DNA from: Candidatus Hadarchaeota archaeon
Lineage (GTDB): Archaea > CAYQAE01 > CAYVLA01
DNA length: 21,302 nt
Direction: 5' to 3'
Assembly: GCA_964452145.1 (NCBI GenBank)
Contig: CAYVLA010000053.1
Location: forward strand, 1-21,302
Shown here: piece after piece, positions 15,585 to 21,302 of the stretch
How positions within the stretch are numbered: position 1 is the first letter of the stretch
Layout of the letters: each line of letters starts with the position of its first letter
Notes under the pieces: generated by a model
What the model was told of the DNA's origin: nothing
What the model saw: only the letters and a program-made list of their open reading frames with translations
Databases searched by the model: none
Made by a program: the position numbers and the translations under genes

Positions 15585-16175
15585 TCACTTGGCTGCTTTG
15601 GGTGGGTACTGGAAGTCGGAGAGGACCCCGGACATCCTGTGGAGATAGTCCAGCATCGCTAGGTTAAGCAGGGAACCGGAGAACCGGCGCACGGCCGCAG
15701 GAATATAGCCATTCCACATCAACCCCCTCTTCGCATACTCCACCTCAAGCCCGGTTCCCAGGGCATCCCCAACTGACTCTGCAGCGGCCTCGGCCGTCAG
15801 CTCACTATCGATCCCATAGGGACTCACAACGGTCAGGCCTATTCGCAGAGAGCCATCCCCGCACCCCCGACACAGGAACGTGCACGGGGTACAGGGATCA
15901 GACGCGTTCCTGATGAAGATCGATACCGACTTCTTGGTCGGCAGGCCTTCCGTATACGGTTTCTCCCCATACCGGTGATAAAAGACCCAATCCAGCTTCC
16001 TACGAGGCATATTGATCTCATACCCGAGCCTGTACCCGAAACGGTCTGAGAGAGCCCCGGAGATCCGGGCCAGATCCCGCTCCCCCATAGAGATCCCCCT
16101 CGCTGTTCCCGATATCAGGGATGCTCGAAGCAGCCCGGACTCCCGCTCGGCCCGGCAGAGACCCACGGGACTCAT
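15585..16175 (-). CDS. Hypothetical protein with a CxxCxxxCxxC cysteine cluster
   Basis: ATGA overlap with the upstream gene; alternative ATG 16088 has GAGGGGGA upstream; 'CTPCTFLCRGC'. Confidence 0.6.
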   Translation of the reverse strand: MSPVGLCRAERESGLLRASLISGTARGISMGERDLARISGALSDRFGYRLGYEINMPRRKLDWVFYHRYGEKPYTEGLPTKKSVSIFIRNASDPCTPCTFLCRGCGDGSLRIGLTVVSPYGIDSELTAEAAAESVGDALGTGLEVEYAKRGLMWNGYIPAAVRRFSGSLLNLAMLDYLHRMSGVLSDFQYPPKAAK

Positions 16176-16672
16176 GCCTCCACCCCGCCAAAGATCTCCT
16201 TGGTCTCGGGCCAGGCCTTCCCATAGATATATGCCGCCAGCATGCTTGGCGCCATCTCCTCGGGAATCTCGACACCGAGCCTCCCGGCCTCTCTGAGAAG
16301 CAGGGATCGACAGCTGGCCTGATCCGGGCAGTCCTCACACTGCTCCTTGTGGGGGGTCCACACGTTTATGCCCTCCCCCGGCGAGAAGGTGAGAAGGACG
16401 TTCGCCCCGAAATCCCGGCTGTGCCCAATGACAAAGCCCCTCTCAGGATCCATCTTCCTTATCAGGACCTTGTTCATCCTGGCCGCCTCGGCAAGGGCCC
16501 GATAGATCTTCGAGTCAGAGGACTGGAGGCTCTTGCTCACATACTGCCTCGACTTGCCCATCCTCCTCGAGATATCCGCAGCCCGCAAACCCTCCAGCCG
16601 AAGCTGCCAGATCGAACGCTGATTCTCGGTCAAGATCGAAGACAAGCTCAAAGAACAGGCACGGGAAAACAC
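16172..16672 (-). CDS. HTH DNA-binding protein (LuxR/sigma region-4-like HTH) with C-terminal CxxCx5C motif
   Basis: 'LTENQRSIWQLRLEGLRAADISRRMGKSRQYVSKSL' HTH; 'CEDCPDQASC'; the true start may be a slightly later TTG. Confidence 0.75.
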   Translation of the reverse strand: MFSRACSLSLSSILTENQRSIWQLRLEGLRAADISRRMGKSRQYVSKSLQSSDSKIYRALAEAARMNKVLIRKMDPERGFVIGHSRDFGANVLLTFSPGEGINVWTPHKEQCEDCPDQASCRSLLLREAGRLGVEIPEEMAPSMLAAYIYGKAWPETKEIFGGVEA

Positions 16673-16682
16673 TAATATGTTA

Positions 16683-16704
16683 CGTCAACAGTCACCTATT
16701 GACG
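16683..16704. promoter_or_regulatory. Candidate operator, CGTCAA-N10-TTGACG inverted repeat
   Basis: Perfect 6-bp arms in the divergent gap between the HTH gene and the methyltransferase cluster. Confidence 0.5.
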
Positions 16705-16853
16705 CAGCTGTGATTGGGGGAGGACCCGGCAGGAGCGAGCCGTTGCTCGTCACCGTTGCCCCAGCGTCTTCCCCTGAGGGCCCCACCGCGCATGGAGGAA
16801 GGCATCCTTTGTCGCAGGTAGAACAGCTAGTCGCCGTTGGCAGGATGGCTGCC

Positions 16854-17903
16854 ATGATCCAGATCGACAAGGACGAAGTCGGGCGCGAATACTCCGAACA
16901 AGCCAGCAAGAATCGCTATGGCTACGCCTCATCCCTTGGATCCCCCGGGAGCGATCAGGCACAGAGTCTTGGCAGCATACTCAGGGAAGGAGACCTGGTC
17001 CTAGATGACTGCTGCGGTAATGGTGCCCTCTTCAGGGCTCTTCAGGAGCGGATCGGGCCAGGAGGAACCATCATCGCTCTGGACCTATCCCTCCCCATGC
17101 TCCTCCGCGCCCGCGAGGCAGCAGAAGGGCTAGCCTGTGGCGTATACCTGGTACTGGGTGATGGTGAGCGCCTTCCCATCAAGTCTGGATGTTTTGACGC
17201 GGCCATTTGTTCCCTTGGCCTCCACAGGATGAATCCATTAAGGGGACTCGAAGAGATGTACCGCGTCCTGGGGGCGGGAAGATACATGATACTGACTCTT
17301 CCCCATGGGCATTCCGAGGACTATCGAGCCATGGAGCATATACCCCCCTCCCTGATTCCTCGGGGCTACGTGCCCCTGGGCTGTGAACATGGCTTCCCGG
17401 AATCCGTATACGCGAGGGAGCAGGAGGCCTGGCGCAGATTCAAGGAATGGTGCGCTGCCAACCAGCCATGGCTCTACGAAGCGATACGGGATGGATGGGC
17501 CTACGGATACGATGACCTGGAGTCCGGTTTCAAGGACCTAGAAGAGGGGAGGATCACTTCACAGGAGTTCGATGCCCGGGTAGAGGAATTCGCATCCAGG
17601 ATCGGGAAAGAGATGCCTATTGTCTGGGTATGGTTCCCAAGCTTCAGGGGATTCAGCAGGCTCCTTGAGGAGTTCAGGGCACTGGAGGGGGCCATACTGA
17701 TCCAGGCATCCTCGACTCGGAACCAGCATGATCTGCGAGAAGGATCCCCATTCGAGATCTATCACAGGATTCACTTCGAGGGAGAACACCTCGCCATCCT
17801 TGGGAAGCCACCCTGGGGGCAGGATGAGGGGACTTCAGGTAGGACGAAACCCAGAGACCTAGAAGGGAAGGAAGCCAATTCGCGGAGGTCTTCTCGTGGG
17901 TGA
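16854..17903 (+). CDS. Class I SAM-dependent methyltransferase (UbiE-like core with large helical insert)
   Basis: Motif I VLDDCCGNG, ALDLSLPML, GDGERLPIKSGCFD, EMYRVLGAG; start placed at ATG 16854 (MIQIDKDEVGREYS) by alignment to the paralog (MRLDKKGVAEEYS) and AGGATGG upstream. Confidence 0.85.
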   Translation: MIQIDKDEVGREYSEQASKNRYGYASSLGSPGSDQAQSLGSILREGDLVLDDCCGNGALFRALQERIGPGGTIIALDLSLPMLLRAREAAEGLACGVYLVLGDGERLPIKSGCFDAAICSLGLHRMNPLRGLEEMYRVLGAGRYMILTLPHGHSEDYRAMEHIPPSLIPRGYVPLGCEHGFPESVYAREQEAWRRFKEWCAANQPWLYEAIRDGWAYGYDDLESGFKDLEEGRITSQEFDARVEEFASRIGKEMPIVWVWFPSFRGFSRLLEEFRALEGAILIQASSTRNQHDLREGSPFEIYHRIHFEGEHLAILGKPPWGQDEGTSGRTKPRDLEGKEANSRRSSRG

Positions 17904-19158
17904 TCGTTCATGGCTGTTGAGAGTCTGCAGCTTCCACGGAGGTATCGGCTTGCTGGAGCAGGCTGGTCGAGAGAGTCTGAGAATCCGTCTGGGTGAACAG
18001 AGGCCCCTGGAAGACTGCGATTCGGTGGAGCTAGACTTCAGGGACGGGAAGGCCACACTCACCGCGGGTAGGGAGGGGGAGATGCTTCGACCCTTCCGGA
18101 GGCTCGGAAAGAACTTCGCCTTGTATGATCAGGGAAGTACCCACGAGGCTGGGCTTGATGAGCTGGAGCTCTACGAGGACGCAGAGCACCTTCCTCTCCT
18201 AGTGCGGCAGCCATCCCAAGCCGGGGGCATCAGACTGGTGATCAGGCTTCTGCCACAGGCAACGGTCGCAATCATCGATCAGGATATCTACCTCTCGGGG
18301 AACCGGGATTCCTGCCTCAAAGGAGAGATTCGGGTCGGAGACAGGGTCGAGCCAGTGTTCTGTCAATGGGCCCAGCCAGCTATGCGATGCGTCGCGGCGC
18401 TCTGCGTCCATGGGACTGGTGGGCGCATCACCCGGTGCCCGATCAGTCTGGGTGGGGTGCGGATGATACTTGCCAGCAAGTACGTCAGGCATATCGAGGT
18501 CGGAGAAGAGAAGGCTGGGGGAATGGTCCTTGGCCCGACGATGCCTTTCAGCCTCGTAGCCCTGACTCAGGGGGCGGGGGATAGGCGATCGGGGTACCAT
18601 CTTGTGGACTCAGCCAAGCCTGGCACCACATGGCTCAGGCTCGAGAACAGGCTGGATGTCATCCGTCACCATGGTGAGAGGCACCGTGTTGAGGTCTCCA
18701 TGACTCATGCCAGAATGGGAGGAGAGATAGGTACCAGGTATACATTCAGGATCCACGAAGAAGAACAACAACTCCGCAAGGGTGACGGCGTTGTTCTCTA
18801 CTTCGATAGGCTCGCCCCTCTGGATGGTGTGGTAGTCCTTTCCCGGGTTCCAGGCGAGAACAAGGGGGAGGGCTGGAGAGACTACTTCCTCAGGGTCGCT
18901 GGAATCCAGCCGGGGTGCTCAGCTATCAGCTATGACGAGGTGCCCCGAATCAAGGGATGGGGGAGACCCTCCCCCGGCCGGGTCGCAGGGAGGATCGCTA
19001 GGGAGGCACCGGTCGAGGTCGATATCCTGTATGCCACCAACGCTGGGCAGTTCTGGAAGAGGGAAATCCTTGTGGGCACTCTTCCCCGGGCCACCCTGGC
19101 TTCCCCCAGATGGCCCGAGCTCCAAAACAGGATACGACAAGCAGGACACGACAAGTAA
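17896..19158 (+). CDS. Hypothetical beta-rich protein (420 aa)
   Basis: Long ORF overlapping the upstream stop by 8 nt, co-oriented between the two methyltransferases; no motif recognised. Confidence 0.7.
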   Translation: MGDRSWLLRVCSFHGGIGLLEQAGRESLRIRLGEQRPLEDCDSVELDFRDGKATLTAGREGEMLRPFRRLGKNFALYDQGSTHEAGLDELELYEDAEHLPLLVRQPSQAGGIRLVIRLLPQATVAIIDQDIYLSGNRDSCLKGEIRVGDRVEPVFCQWAQPAMRCVAALCVHGTGGRITRCPISLGGVRMILASKYVRHIEVGEEKAGGMVLGPTMPFSLVALTQGAGDRRSGYHLVDSAKPGTTWLRLENRLDVIRHHGERHRVEVSMTHARMGGEIGTRYTFRIHEEEQQLRKGDGVVLYFDRLAPLDGVVVLSRVPGENKGEGWRDYFLRVAGIQPGCSAISYDEVPRIKGWGRPSPGRVAGRIAREAPVEVDILYATNAGQFWKREILVGTLPRATLASPRWPELQNRIRQAGHDK

Positions 19159-19230
19159 TGCAGAATGATGGGAGAGCATCGATGGGACGATTAACAGCGT
19201 GGTGATTGCTGGGATGGGTGGTGGGATTGG

Positions 19231-20292
19231 TTGAGGCTGGATAAGAAGGGTGTTGCCGAGGAGTATTCGTCCAGAGTTCGCGGTTACAGCGTGGGCTCCA
19301 TGGCCACGACCAGCGAAGGCGTTGCCCGCCTCAGGTCTCTCATCAAGAAGGGGGATGTTGTGGTGGATGTGGGGTGTGGACCCGGCTTCGCTGTGCCAAT
19401 GGCCATGCGCTACTCGGGGAAGAGTGGCAGGGTCTTGGCCCTGGATATCTCCCTCGAGATGCTCAAGAATGCTCGGAGAAACGTTGTGACGTGGGATTTC
19501 CCAAAGGTGGGCTTTGATAGGCCCAAGGCCAGGATCAGGGGGCTCGAGGGCTCACGAGACTCCATCGCCTCGGTCTTCTTTGTGCTATGCGACGCCGAGA
19601 GGCTGCCCATCAAGAGTGGGAGCGTGGCAGTGGTCTTCGCATTCACAAGCATTCATCGCATGGATCCCTCGATTGCCTCCTTTGAGATGTGGAGGGTGCT
19701 AGGGCCTGGTGGATACATGTTCCTCAACGTTCCGGGGGCACACGACGAGGACGCCATGGTCTTCGAGCACATCCCCCCCGCCTACCTCCCGGACGAATTG
19801 CCAAGGGGTTTTCCTCCAGACTTCAAACTTGACGCGGCGTACTGGGAGGAGGAACAGAGTTCCTGGAGGCGGTTCAAGGAGTTCTGTCAGAGGCGGATTC
19901 CGTGGCTGGCAGAGAAGATCTCGCTCGGATGGTTCAACGGATACGAGTCCCTGCGACAGAGATACAGGGAGTACGAGAGAGGTGAGATGGGCGAAGAAGT
20001 CCTCGAGGATTGCATCGCGGAGTGGGAGAGGGATAATGATGCGGGCAAGCTCGGCTGGATATGTTTCCCAACACGGAGATGCTTTGTGTCACTTCTTGAC
20101 CTTCTCGAGGAGCGTGGGGCGGTGGTTGTGGAAGCCTGCACGAGCTCTTTCAAGCCTGATATTGCCCCGCTCCTCAGAACCGATCGGTACTTCGAGCTCT
20201 ATGTCTATCTCTACAGCCAGGTGGTCAGAAGCCACACCGCGATCCTCTACAAACCTGTCTGGACCGGTATCGACAAGCTCAGAGAGAGATGA
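19231..20292 (+). CDS. Class I SAM-dependent methyltransferase, paralog of 16854..17903
   Basis: Motif I VVDVGCGPG, ALDISLEML, CDAERLPIKSGS, EMWRVLGPGG; shares EHIPP, WRRFKE, PWL, GW..GY, FP in the insert. Confidence 0.88.
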   Translation: MRLDKKGVAEEYSSRVRGYSVGSMATTSEGVARLRSLIKKGDVVVDVGCGPGFAVPMAMRYSGKSGRVLALDISLEMLKNARRNVVTWDFPKVGFDRPKARIRGLEGSRDSIASVFFVLCDAERLPIKSGSVAVVFAFTSIHRMDPSIASFEMWRVLGPGGYMFLNVPGAHDEDAMVFEHIPPAYLPDELPRGFPPDFKLDAAYWEEEQSSWRRFKEFCQRRIPWLAEKISLGWFNGYESLRQRYREYERGEMGEEVLEDCIAEWERDNDAGKLGWICFPTRRCFVSLLDLLEERGAVVVEACTSSFKPDIAPLLRTDRYFELYVYLYSQVVRSHTAILYKPVWTGIDKLRER

Positions 20293-20675
20293 GGCCCCTG
20301 GGCCTCCTTGGCATGTTTCAGGCGGTCTTCGGGGGGATGCTGTAAGTCGGAAGGGGACGCGGAACCACTCTGAGCTTATGGCAGACGAGTCAGACCGGAA
20401 CCGCTTGGTGATGCTTGCAGGCCTAGCCAGTGACCATGACCCCCGGATGAGGGGGCTGCAACCGCCTGTGAAGCAGCTTCAACCATATCCCAGGGCAGAT
20501 GTTGGGATTGCTGGGACGTGCCTGGGCCACATTTTTATTGCTCGTACGGTGCTTTCATCAGGTTCTGCGTGTTGGCCCGTTGGGAAAGGGCTATCAGCAC
20601 GAGAGTGGACCCGGGCCATGGCTGGAGGAGACCCATCCAATGCGTCGGCAAGCAAGGACGGATCGGGGCGACAAG

Positions 20676-20984
20676 GTGGGGCGGCAACCGCATCTCAAGC
20701 TTCCCAGGAAGAAGATCGAAGCTTTCTGCAGGAAGCATCACATGAGGAGGCTCTCCCTCTTCGGATCGGTCCTCCGCGATGATTTCTCGCCCGACAGCGA
20801 TGTGGACGTGCTTGTCGAATTTGAGCCGGGACACACCCCGGGCTTCTTTCGCCTCTTCGCCATGCAGGATGAACTGTCAATGATCATGGAAGGGCGGAAG
20901 GTGGATATCAGGACGCCGAACGATCTCAGCCGCTACTTCCGCGACGAGGTCGTGCGGAACGCGGTGGTGCAGTATGCATCGTGA
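20676..20984 (+). CDS. Minimal nucleotidyltransferase (MNT) antitoxin
   Basis: GSx10DxD motif '[15 protein letters not shown]', 'GRKVDI', 'LSRYFRDEV'; GTG 20676 gives the usual length of about 100 aa (ORF-track start 20499 looks over-extended). Confidence 0.9.
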   Translation: MGRQPHLKLPRKKIEAFCRKHHMRRLSLFGSVLRDDFSPDSDVDVLVEFEPGHTPGFFRLFAMQDELSMIMEGRKVDIRTPNDLSRYFRDEVVRNAVVQYAS

Positions 20985-21110
20985 TGACGGCGTTTTCCTG
21001 CGTCACATGATCGATGCCATACGCAAGGCGATGGATCTGGCGGAGGGCATTGGGAGGGAGGATCTGGACAAGAACGAGATGCTTGCGCTGTCATTGGTCC
21101 GCCTTCTCGA
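20974..21110 (+). pseudogene. Truncated HEPN (DUF86/HepT-like) toxin
   Basis: '[13 protein letters not shown]...DLDKNEMLALSLVRLL' is a DUF86-type N-terminus overlapping the MNT stop; the expected 'EIIGEA' and the catalytic Rx4H motif are missing and the frame continues into unrelated sequence to 21228. Confidence 0.8.
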
Positions 21111-21217
21111 CCCACGTGATCCTGAAGCTCGAGAGCCATCTGGAACAAGCCATCAAGATCAGAGTCGGTTGCCCTCCGTACGATCACCTTGGTCCTTCTC
21201 CCCAATCCTTCTGTCAT
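21111..21217 (-). pseudogene. 5' fragment of a GNAT-like acetyltransferase
   Basis: 'VIVRRATDSDLDGLFQMALELQDHV' is a typical GNAT first strand and helix; similarity ends where it meets the HEPN fragment. Confidence 0.6.
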
Positions 21218-21302
21218 GTGGATGGTAGGCCCCTACTGGGATATGACGATACTCAGCATCATGGATATGGCAGTGGATTCGGGTTGCGTTGTCAGTCGGG
21301 TG

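Noticed and set aside
16677..16853. N-terminal extension of the first methyltransferase
   Set aside because: Absent from the paralog, low complexity, and overlaps the divergent promoter/operator region.
19709..20782. 357-aa alternative-frame ORF
   Set aside because: Overlaps the methyltransferase and MNT genes in another frame; Ser/Arg/Gly-rich composition typical of shadow ORFs.
1..21302. Transposase, integrase, tRNA or rRNA genes
   Set aside because: None recognised in the ORF track or by eye.

Overview
Moderately GC-rich accessory region that looks archaeal: GGAGGTGA/GGTGGTGA-type ribosome-binding sites, TATA/BRE-like promoters, archaeal-type wHTH proteins, a thymidylate-synthase-fold protein and an MNT-HEPN pair. 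The lineage cannot be fixed from the sequence alone. It is a patchwork of functionally unrelated one-gene or few-gene modules in mixed orientation: a TS-fold protein, a Zn-ribbon protein, a nucleoside phosphorylase, three wHTH-fusion proteins, an ArsR-like regulator, a beta-propeller/HExxH metallopeptidase, an ABC-2 exporter, a 4Fe-4S protein, two paralogous SAM methyltransferases, a toxin-antitoxin pair and several truncated genes. The main unexplained signal is a short asymmetric site, (T)CATGYCCRCG(NT). It occurs 11 times exactly, plus 2 well-placed one-mismatch copies, between positions 46 and 15532. It always sits at module boundaries, including convergent gaps, and mostly alternates in orientation. 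This suggests an undescribed recombination-site-delimited gene-cassette array (dif-module/integron-like logic, but not an attC or dif sequence I recognise). No recombinase is encoded in the window. Other notable points: an internal SD+ATG right behind the wHTH in all three fusion genes, a shared upstream motif in front of them, two CTG-start genes, two tail-to-tail junctions of truncated genes, and an in-frame TGA in the 4Fe-4S gene.
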